Below are positions 10,831 to 20,000 of a stretch of 20,000 nt of DNA, piece after piece. Position 1 is the first letter of the stretch, and every line of letters begins with the position of its first letter. The stretch comes from Gonapodya sp. JEL0774. Lineage: Eukaryota. Made by a program: the position numbers and the translations under genes. Below the pieces are notes generated by a model. It was given only the letters and a program-made list of their open reading frames with translations, made no database searches and had not been told where the DNA came from. Where the stretch lies: contig JADIIX010000109.1 in the NCBI GenBank assembly GCA_027604505.1, forward strand, positions 52,686 through 72,685. The letters are read 5' to 3'.

Positions 10831-11079
10831 TGGATAAGCAACTGTACCTGGCTTATTGCCCTCACTGAAGACATCGTTGTTTTGCTTCAAGTAATATTGG
10901 AGTCTTCCTAGTTGTTCATCTGTTAGGCATGTCCCTTCCAGATTCAGATCATTCATCCCATGATCTGCAGATGACAACACTGGTGTTTCTTGCTCTTGCA
11001 TCGACATGAGCACACCTTGCCTTGTAAACCTTACAGTTTCCTTTGGCGTCTTAGGTTTAAGGACAAATAAATTGTATTT

Positions 11080-11760
11080 CTCCCTCTTCACAGTTTTGAA
11101 GTACGCTACCTGTGTGCCTTTGGGGACTTCTATGTCCTCACCAGAGTAGTTCTCCAACATAACAGTTGTCACACCGTTCTTAAGATCACGGCAAGAGTTC
11201 GGTACTACCAGCTTATTACAAAGACTTGTAGTATTATGGTACCAAGCCAGGCCTCATGCATCTTGCAGAGCCTCTCTTTGGTGTTTCTCAATTGGAGGCA
11301 CATCGACTAAGTGCCGTTCACCTTTTGTGAGCTTATACGGTTCAGTGGTGATCATTACCACCACATTGGATGGGTGCATTACAGTAGTAATTTCATTTTT
11401 AAATTGAATTGCTTCTGTATAATGCTTCAGTTGGATTGAATCCAATTCTCAGCCTAACTCCTGAGTGCAGCAGTCTGTTGCAAATACCCAGTAACAAGTA
11501 CAACATTGTAGGGCAATTCGTCAAGGATATGGAAAAGATGATGCACTTTTCTGTGCCCTTTGACGCTAATCGGGAGACTTATGCGTCCACGTGGTTGTAC
11601 TGTACAACTATTGCCAACCCAGATGTGGAAGCCTGGGTGGCTTTCTAGCCTTTTGTACTCCTTCTTCCCTGCAATGTGTTTTGAATACATCTCGTAGCTG
11701 ATAGCAGATACAGATGCACCACTATTGGGAAGAGCTTTGACTACGATCCCCTGTTGTTCT
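11080..11760 (-). pseudogene. Gypsy aspartic protease plus a downstream beta-rich (dUTPase-like) spacer domain
   Basis: VKALPNSGASVSAIS is the A-L-x-D-S-G-A motif with Asp to Asn. Also LPYNVVLVTGYL, then TTVMLENYSGEDIEVPKGTQVAYF. Confidence 0.75.
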
Positions 11761-12183
11761 ATTCCATCACCAATTGTGATATCTACTACAGCAACACGCA
11801 CACCGACTGGACTCCGGGATCTTCCTCCTGACTGAGAGACTGCACCTTGTGCATTCCCAAAGTGTTCACAGCATTAGGCCCTGTTGCAACGCTTTGTTGC
11901 CTAGGTGGTTCTAACAATACATCAGTCAACCTGAAGTCTCTGTCCTTGCGTTTCTGGGAAGCCAACGCTTCCGGGTCTGAAGCACAATCTTCAGTGCGCG
12001 TGTTGTACGCTTGACCAATTGAAGGTCCGACTTGGGCACTGCAATGGGCCAATGCGAGTCTAAAGACAACTGCATTTGCCCTCGAGTCAGTACCAGGTGT
12101 CTGTCCCCCTGACCTCAGAGCATTGCTCACCTGGGGAGTGCTCTGTCCTTACTCAGTGAGGCTCTGCAGGTCAGCTATTTTGG

Positions 12184-12720
12184 TTGGTGACCTATCACGA
12201 CCAATCAAAAATAAAACAGGCATTAGCTCTGAATCCATGTCAGAAACAAACAGGATCAAGAGTGATGCGTGTATGGATCTGTCCGCCACCAACAAATGGG
12301 ATGGCGCTATCAGAGCAGGTGAATCTATTACGTTCTTCCCGTTGGGTCTCTGTGTTGCCTTCTGCACTCATTGTGATGAGGCTTCCAAAACCCAGGTAAC
12401 CCATATCTCAGTTCATGTCTGTCATCGCCAGCCAGAGCTTTGGGAACTCTGTTGCCATGCCCTGGCAGCATACGTGTGTTTGCAATCACACGCAGCCCCC
12501 TGTGGACACCTTGGGTGGAAATGAGCTTTGTGCTTTTCAAGCTCAATACCCCTGGAGCATGCCTGTAGTTTTGCGCTGTGTAAGTACATCTGGCATCATT
12601 CCATGCAAACCAACTCAGCAACGCAGGTTCGACTTCATAACAACCCTTTTGCAACTATGCTAATTACTTGAACCAAGCATTCTTTGGAAGAACATTTATG
12701 CAATCTATTGATGCACAGGA
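12184..12720 (+). pseudogene. Second, divergent tyrosine recombinase remnant
   Basis: One frame with a single TGA (12522-12524) carries WDGAIRAGE (12297-12323), ASKT (12381-12392), LCCHALAAY and HHSMQTNSAT (12594-12623, an H-x-x-R box with Arg to Gln). Confidence 0.6.
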
Positions 12721-12982
12721 CGAGTTGGTGTTCACGGCCTCACAAGCTAACTTTGTGAAGGTTTCTCCATGTTTCCAGTGAATTGGTGGGTGGCGCCATT
12801 ACCCTGCACATCTGGGTTTTGAGCCTGGGAGAGATCCCCAATCTCCTGTTGCTCCATCTCAGACTTAGTTAAAAGTTTGGAGATCACAAAAAGGATGTAT
12901 TAACTATGTATTTGAATGAACAAACAAGCGGAAAAGTGTATTTCAATATTGCCCTGGTGTTCAGGTTCCGAATACCACACAA

Positions 12983-13700
12983 TTGCTCCAGAACCGTATC
13001 AAATGTGAAATATCAACAAAGGGTGGGTATCCCCCCAACTTTGTCCACCTTCCTGTAGTGGAATGTGACATTTGGCTATCTAGATATATTGGGAGGTACA
13101 TGACTGGCTGTATTTGTCTGTATGTATTATGTTGGGCATTGTCTTCCTATTGTACTTGGCTACTCCTGGTAGTGCGCCTCACCACCACAGATCCATGGAC
13201 AGATCAGCACAGCTTGCAATCTATCTTGAGGACAACACCTCACATGTTTGCTAGTCCCCCTGATCCGCCTTTGTCCATCATGAATGTTTTCTGCCAGTCT
13301 GGCAACTGTCCTGCTAAACGCCACTGCGATGCAGATTGAAAGTCCAATTGCATATAATTTGTCACCAACCCTAAAAGCATTTCAAAGGAGATCCATCTAC
13401 TCAGTGACCCTGATTTGGTGGCCGAGTACAGGGACTTTGCTGATGTAACTCATTTTTGGCAAGCGAAGATGTGCATGAGTTAATGGAGTGTTCCTGGTAC
13501 TGATTGGGACATACACTCAGCCCCCCACCTCCAGAGCGGAATTGTTGTCACAGTTGATCATGTTTGTCAACAAGTCACAAGTAGAATGTAAAGTTTGGTG
13601 TCCCTTGTCCATGCTCCGCGTTCTCTTTAGACCTCCTTTGCAGATTGGATTGGGAGCTCAAAGGGGCCTCTCTCAGATGAAAGATTTTAGGTAATCTTAC
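12983..13700 (+). pseudogene. Possible decayed coding sequence (family B, tentative second copy)
   Basis: Short matches to 4845-5120 (minus); otherwise unidentified. Confidence 0.2.
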
Positions 13701-13779
13701 AACAGACTGTAAACATCCAACACCCACTCAAAGGAGAAACAAATCTAGAACTTTTGAGCTGAGGGGATTATCGTTCAAT

Positions 13780-14620
13780 GCACCATCTTATATTTTGATG
13801 TCGAGATGGGAGGCCATATAGGTCCTCACACAAGTTAATTTGATTTGGGGTGTCCCAGTCATTGACATCCCATGTGCCTGCTTCGGCATCCACTCTTTGC
13901 ACTCTTTTGACAGCTTCCTGGACCATGAGCTTGGCTTCAGTTGACTCCTTATTTTACTCAAACTTTATTATTCCTGTGTCCATATACTGTCTCTCTAACA
14001 AACCTGCCACTTGTAGAGACCCAAATGGAATCCCTGTTTTGGAGATATTAGCAAACTATTGTATGAACAAGGTCATTTGTCGACTCTTTGTGTGAATTGA
14101 CTTCTTGTTGCCTTCATTTATTGTGGAGACTGCCCTATATTAATTTATGTTTGGCTTATACACCAAGCACTGGCCAGGGGTGCTGTCTTACCTAGAGACA
14201 CAGTGCTTTCTGTCAAACCTAAGAAAAGAATCTACACTGCATTTGCCATATCATCTGGTGGCCACTATTCCACAAACCTCAGCACTTCTGCTATTCTCTC
14301 TAAACTGCAACTGGTGGTAAGCTATATGTTGCCCTGGTGACAAAGTAAACACCAAAGTCTTCAATAATTGTGTGCCAAGAGTTTGAATCACATGTGGGTC
14401 CTTGGGGTTCAGAGCAGGTCTTGGCACATTCTTGAGAAACCATCCCGGACCCAAAATATGGGGCGTGTGGTGAAGGAGTGTAACCTCACATTTTAGAAGC
14501 ATCTCAATGAACTCTGAGAGATGTGTTGGGCAATATTGCTGTGTGCTTCTTCTAGTGCGAGTAATTGCTCTTGAAGAAGTCACATGCAAGTTTGACAGCA
14601 ATAATTTCGAATTGTTTATC
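13780..14620 (-). pseudogene. Decayed copy of unidentified protein family A (copy 3)
   Basis: LLQEQLLALEEAHSNIAQHISQ/EFIEMLL (1-nt frameshift) matches copy 2, and VQEAVKRVQRVDAEAGTWDVND matches copy 1. Confidence 0.55.
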
Positions 14621-15039
14621 TATCACTACTATCACTACTTAGTACTTTGTGTGGCCACTGATAAGACACACAAGTGTTTATGCAGTCCTTCTGCTGTCAC
14701 ACAATGGTGAGCTTGGATCAAGTTTGAACTCCCAATCGTGTAATCAGCTTCATTTTTCTGCGACACATTTGATTCAGGTGCAGAGCTGTGGAGCCTGTGA
14801 AGATGTCTGAAAGCAATGTAGAAGATCTCAGTGATTGTGACTCCAATTACATTGCTTGATACTCAATGTAATACAATTCACTGTAATGGTAACTCGCCCA
14901 GTCCCCTCCCTGGTGGATGCACACTGTAGTCTGGTCTTCCTGGTGTGACAACAACTGACCAGAATCTCACATTGCACCACACTCAAAATTTGATTGAATC
15001 CACCGCAGCGGTACACTTCTAGCCAACCACTCCCATATG

Positions 15040-17797
15040 TTATCCTCTCTCTGTTTCCCTCAGGCCAGCATATAGTTCAATTTGCAACACGTGTTGAACT
15101 ACCACATCTAATGCACGTTCAAGGTCTAGCAGGGAGATCCAATGACGGGCATGGGCAGAGAAGTCAGCCATTGGTTTAGCAGAGTGGGCAGTTCCATTTG
15201 CCGTTCCCCCGGAATTGGTGGGCTTCTCTACAATTGTCTCAAGCACTTCAACAGCCGAGGTTGGTGGCAACTGGGAGAGAAGTGGCAAGCAATAAGACTT
15301 CTGCCAGCAGTCATTTAAACCTGGATCTTGTGATAATGCCAGTTCAACAGAGGATTGGGGTGGGTCAGGGTCGTCGTATCTTGTTGCTGCTCCAACTTGG
15401 CCAGACGCTATCCTATTTTTTTCTTCATCTGTAGATGGATTCAACTCGAACGGGGACACCCAATCACCCGGATCGTTTGTTTCCCTGGTCATGGTCGTCC
15501 CCTCTCCACCCCGACCCGGTACAACCATAGAAGCACCAACGCGTCCTCCAGCTGCGCACTTCCTGTATAAGTTGCGTTGCATAGTTGGTGCTGAGTCAGC
15601 CATCGGCATGGGGGTGGGGTATGTCGCTTCAGGGGAGGGTGCCACAAGGGGCAACGTGTCAGCAACGCCACTTCGTGTTGGGATATTGGTATATACTCTG
15701 TGGTCGAGAGAGTCTCCGGACGCAGAATTAAGACCAGAGGAGCAACTGGGTGAAGTGGTGCAGGAAATTGACGAGTTTCGTTTCGAGGGATCAGGATACC
15801 TTGCCTGAGCCCCAAGTTCCTGACCTTCTCCTTTCTTGTGTGAGCCTGCCTCGCACATTATCGCACTGTCCTCAACGTCAACCCCTCCTTTCATCATCCC
15901 CTGTGCATAACCCGCCGCTTCCGTGATGCCAGTACCCACATGAGTATCCAGTCCGGTTGGAAGGGCACCCTCAACGGCTGTCGCGTCTACATCAGCCTCC
16001 ACGCCAGATGCAACACAACAATGCCCAGAGTCCGCTGGGATCTCTTGCTTGCGAAGCGAGGCCGCACGACTGCCAAGATCGTTCGCCTTCAAAAGCATGT
16101 TCCAGTTTGAACTGTGCAGTGGAGGTTCAAAATCATTACGTGCTGTCAACCGCAGGTGCCGCTGTTGGAGAGTTTGGGGCATTGAGGGCTGTAAACGGCC
16201 AACTGGGTGGGAGGATGATTGCGAGTTGAGAGTGGGTGCCTTCAATCGCTTCTTCTTTTCCCCTTTCCACCTCCCAAGTTCCCCCTGCCTCGCGTCCTCC
16301 TCCCTCTCCTCCTTCGTCTTCCTCCAGAGCCTCGACAGCCGAGCATCGGACGCAGCCAATGAAAATGAAAAACAACCTTGATAGTTCTTGGCCTTCAGTG
16401 TCTTGTCCTTCACCGCGGGACGGGCAGTATTAGATTCGAATGGGAGAGGGCTACTGGAGTGCAAATTGTAAGCAGAGATTGATGCTTTGGCAGATTCTGG
16501 GATTGCCGTAGGCACCAATCCTGTGCGTGTCCTCGGAGCTCCAGTGCGTGGAGGAGTGGTACGGAATGACGGTCTAGTGGACCGGGTGGGACGGTGAATC
16601 GATTCGATAATTTCTCGTGGGTGTGCTTGTTCCTGCTGAATGCCCGGCTCCACGGGGCAAAGGCTTGGTGGTAAGACGCAAGTGGAATGCTGTGGCAGTT
16701 AAAACATGGAGTTTGTGGTATGGTAGTGAATTAAGCGGACACAAGCAGTGGATAAAGCTGCACGACCAGTCGCCATTCCCTCCTTAACGTGCTGCCATAT
16801 CTGACGCGGAAATGCAGTTGACGCAAATGATTTCTGCGTATTCAAATCTTCGATGCCTTCTGCTTCAAAGGCAGAACCCAATATTCCACTGTACAAATCG
16901 GTAATCGAGATACGGAAAAGCTTACGCACTTCCCAAACTTGGACCCCAAACTCCCTCATGTTTTTGCTTGTTGTGTCAACTTGATTTCCTTTCTCGGCGG
17001 CACTTAGACCCTGCGCCGATGCCTCATTTCGTTTGGCTACTGTTCGTTGCGAAGTTGTTGCTTTCCTCATCTCGAGCGAGACGGCAGCAGAGATTGGCGA
17101 GGGTCGTTTAAGCCGACGGGCTCGAGCAGTAGTAAATGTGATTGAGTTTGCAGCTGCGATACTGGTGGATGTTTTACCCGGGTGGTGGGAGGATTGCCGA
17201 GAGATTTGGGAGAGCTGAGGAGGAGCCGCCTCGGAGGATGGAGTAAGGCAAGGCTCCGACAGAGGTACAGCTTTTTCGGGTGAAGATAGGTTATTGTGGT
17301 AATGAGAAAGTTGTTTTAAAGCTGAACCGGCGCACGCGGTTCGCGAGTATGCACTTGGAATCAGGTTCAGATTGGGGTTGAGAAGAGGCTGTTTCAGATT
17401 GGGGATGAGAAGAGGCTGGAGTGATCTAAGTTGGGCGACGACTTCGTCAAGGTCCGAGCGGGAGGTACGCTCATTGCGTTCGCAATTTTGCGAGCTTATG
17501 TGGTTGTGTTGTTTCCGCTCGACTGGTGCGCTGTCCAGGCGATGTTCGCCGGGGAGCTTTGTGAGGGCCGCCACAGCCGCCATTCGCATCTCGGTGTGCA
17601 CTTTGTCACGAGCATGAGCAAGGCGAGCTTTCCGTCTGGGATGGGTGATTCCGTGGTGAGCTCCGTCCAACAAAAGCGCCTGAACTCCTCATGGAAGTCG
17701 AGCACAATCCAATGTTCTTGGTCAACATTGCTTACATTAAATAATCCAAGCGCTCGCGTCCATCCGTATATTTTTTGAGGTGAGTGGTTGCGGACAT
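15040..17797 (-). CDS. Hypothetical ~805-aa Ser/Pro/Thr/Ala-rich, probably disordered protein; exons 17797-17736, 17635-16930, 16689-15040
   Basis: ATG at 17797. Introns GTAAGC..CCCAG (100 nt) and GTGCGT..TTTAAC..CACAG (240 nt) join MSATTHLKKYTDGRERLDYL|IRKARLAH and the 324-aa and 537-aa ORFs in frame. CpG-rich, no internal stops. The 3' end is uncertain. Confidence 0.65.
17366..17418. repeat. 27-bp in-frame tandem duplication (QPLLIPNLK/QPLLNPNLN)
   Basis: ttcagattggggttgagaagaggctg then ttcagattggggatgagaagaggctg, period 27. Confidence 0.85.
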
Positions 17798-17898
17798 CTG
17801 TGTTGTGTCGAAGTGCATTAGAGACAGTGGTCGCTTGCCTCCTTCGCAAACACCAACCCTCACTCAATTCGCTCATTCAATCCAAAGAGCGAGCAATA
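17798..17898. promoter_or_regulatory. Putative compact bidirectional promoter and 5' UTR region
   Basis: 101 bp between the divergent ATGs at 17797 (-) and 17899 (+). Confidence 0.5.
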
Positions 17899-19599
17899 AT
17901 GTCTCCACCTACCCATACTCCTTTGCAAGCGGATCCCAAATATGGCGTCAATATTACGCATCAAGTAGACCGGGAGGAGGCCAACGACGTGAAAGGCCGC
18001 GTTGTTTTCCATGGACACCAATCACCACTCAGACTTGCCTACCTTTTCGCTATTTGCGCTATTCTCGGCGTTTTGCTCGGTACGTGCTTTGAAGCCTAAG
18101 TTACAGCACCGAAGTTCGCACATGAGACTTGGTACGTCAACCTCACAATGAGCATCGCATTGGAAATTGCCGATCGCGAGATCGCGTAACAGGGAAAAGA
18201 GATTTCACAGCTTGCATGCAAGTTTTTGGGGAACTCACGTCACTTTAACTCTGCTTTGATATTCCACGATCGCGTCACAGTGCATTCCTGCGTCCATCTG
18301 TTTGGGCAAGACGTTCTTGCTTTCTCTATTGTAAATGGTGACCTCGTGTCAATTGACTTGTGGTCGGGGGTGCACGTGTTGTTCTTCGCGTGCTGCGCTG
18401 TGGTGGTGAGTTGATGCTGTGCCGAATTGTGAGGTGCAAGAGAGATGATGATGATAGAGCGAAATACACAAAGGTGGGGGGACATCGCATGATTTGATAA
18501 CTGAAGCCAGACGGTGGGAGCATCTGTTGCAACTTCTCGTTAACATTCAACACAATTTCTCACCTGTGCCCTTCGGCTGCCCTCGGAACTCCTGCATAAA
18601 AAGGAACCTGCCAAATTTTACACGTTCATGGTCTACGGTATACTTTGGGAAGTTTTCGAAGTTGTTGCGTCAGGTACAGTGAGCAGTTTTTGGGCTGAGA
18701 GAGGATTGAATACGGTGCGTGACGGTGTGGAGAATAGTGGCGAGGACGATGGCTAGGAAGGCGGGGGGCATGGGTGGCATATGAGGAGCCGGAGTTGAGA
18801 GGAGAAAACACCCTCCCCGAATGCTCAATATGCTCTCTAGCTGTATTCCGATCAATGCAGAGTGTTTCTTCGCGGCAGCGCGATTACTGATGTTCGGCAT
18901 TGTCTCGGGTCTGATCTCACCAACTTCTGCGGCTCCTTCATCCAGGTCTGGGATATTTGGTATGTTTTTGAAGCGAGTGACTCTTTTCAACCTACCTGAC
19001 CCCTACTTGCACCAAGTTCAGGTTCAAGTTAGCGCTTGTATTCTTTCCAATATTACCGTGACGACTAAGTTTCCAACACCAACCACCACAGTGCCCTCGG
19101 CTACCGCATTGGTGAGGCCTATCTAGCACATCACATCCGCACGCAGCAAAAAGCTGCGCGCAAAGGCCTCCGCGTGAAGGATCTCATGGAGAGTCCGTAT
19201 AAGGTGTTGGGATGGCATGCAGTGAGTAGACAATGGAGTTATCTGTGTAGTACTGGGCTTAGAACTGCACGTAATCAGTGCGGGGATGGAACTGGGCTCT
19301 TGGTGAATGCGTGTTTGAAAGTGGGGCTTTCGCGCAGTGTTTTGCCTGCCGATCTGATTGTCACTTACCACGGCCTAGGGGAGGGTGTTCGAGCATTTTT
19401 ATTCCCTCCAATTAAAATATCTGATGTATCACCATTTGCGTTCTGCTAGACGCTTTTCACACTCGTTGCCTTGTACGACCTCCCCACGAACGGTCCGGCG
19501 CTGGTGATACTTTGCATTTTGGCGTGGATCATGATTAGGGCCGGTTGGAAGTGGGATAGAGAAGAGGCAAGGAAGCGGAAACTGAATGTGGACGAATGA
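17899..19599 (+). CDS. 238-aa multi-pass membrane protein with H/E/D/N motif set; exons 17899-18079, 18281-18405, 18604-18714, 18946-18959, 19022-19027, 19092-19221, 19450-19599
   Basis: All six introns are GT..AG (donors GTACGT, GTGAGT, GTGCGT, GTATGT, GTTAGC, GTGAGT) and phases are consistent. The 717 nt end in TGA. The joined protein contains IDLWSGVHVLFF...GILWEVFE...FWAERGLNTVWDIWFNALGYRIG and several hydrophobic helices. Confidence 0.8.
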
Positions 19600-19824
19600 A
19601 TTGGGTGATTCGAGGGTGAGTGAGTCTAGGAGCAGTTGGTAGTGTGGAATCCGCTGAATCTATCTTATGCTCTCTCTGTCACCGCATATTCTAGGCTATT
19701 CGGCTTGATTAATGTACCTTTACATACCTTCTACAATCTCAATCCATCCATCACAATTCGCCCGTCAGCACGCGAGTCTTGTGTTTTTGTCTTGGAATCA
19801 GGTTCCTCCATCTTCATAGTATTT

Positions 19825-19908
19825 TTTGGCATAATTCTATTTTGGTTTCGTTTCATACTTGGCGTTTGCTTCATACTTGGCATATTTGGCATCATTAAGG
19901 CATAATTC
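19825..19908. repeat. Cluster of short direct repeats
   Basis: ttcatacttggc at 19852 and 19870; ggcataattc at 19828 and 19899. Confidence 0.5.
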
Positions 19909-20000
19909 CATTCCACTAATAATAATAGTGGGTTTCAAAGTTGACTGAAATCGAATTATAATACGCACATTCTCGGCGACTTAAATATTGGAACATACGA

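Larger units (their letters stand above)
7290..12100 (-). mobile_element. Degenerate Ty3/Gypsy retrotransposon (PR-RT-RH-INT-chromodomain); no gag or LTR pair recognised; limits approximate
   Basis: Domain order is PR, RT, RNase H, integrase, chromodomain on the minus strand, with many stops and frameshifts. Confidence 0.93.

Noticed and set aside
12328..12654. Minus-strand 108-aa ORF as Gypsy gag
   Set aside because: It has no zinc knuckle or capsid-like features, and the opposite strand carries ordered YR motifs.
7290..12950. LTR pair, primer binding site or polypurine tract for the Gypsy element
   Set aside because: I found no second copy of 7290-7600 near 12000-13000 and no convincing PPT or PBS.
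176..14065. TAA/TAG-to-Gln genetic code, suggested by isolated TAR stops in otherwise open frames (176, 754, 6526, about 9848, 10006, about 13955, about 14060)
   Set aside because: All lie in decayed sequence that also has TGA stops and frameshifts. The long exons of the intact genes contain many CAA/CAG codons and no in-frame TAR.
17496..17876. 126-aa minus-strand ORF as a separate gene
   Set aside because: It overlaps exon 1, intron 1 and exon 2 of the better-supported spliced model in another frame.
19279..19386. Extra in-frame exon (CGDGTGLL...GLGEG) in the membrane protein gene
   Set aside because: It is possible by phase, but the donor (GTTCGA) is weak. Direct joining gives a continuous hydrophobic helix (VLGWHATLFTLVALY) and a 228-nt intron like the others. 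Not excluded without cDNA.
19636..19916. Short ORFs 19636-19905 (+) and 19731-19916 (-)
   Set aside because: They arise from low-complexity repeats and show no recognisable domain or splice support.

Overview
This is eukaryotic genomic DNA with spliceosomal GT-AG introns, and it splits into two compartments. From about 1 to 15,000 it is a CpG-depleted zone of decayed mobile elements. That zone holds the 3' part of a DIRS-type tyrosine-recombinase retrotransposon (RT thumb, RNase H, N6-adenine methyltransferase-like domain, YR, internal complementary region and right end), which carries a 61-nt spliceosomal intron inside its RNase H motif. It also holds an intact tRNA-Ala(AGC), a decayed minus-strand Ty3/Gypsy pol with a chromodomain and no detectable gag or LTR pair, a second decayed YR, and three decayed paralogues of an unidentified protein family. 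From about 15,000 to 20,000 it is CpG-rich and contains two head-to-head host genes whose start codons are 101 bp apart. One is a ~805-aa low-complexity protein (minus strand, 3 exons). The other is a 238-aa multi-pass membrane protein (plus strand, 7 exons including 14-nt and 6-nt micro-exons) with a D-x-W-S-x-x-H / W-E-x-x-E / E-x3-N-x3-D-x3-N-x2-G motif set. All gene models were reconstructed by eye and have no transcript support.
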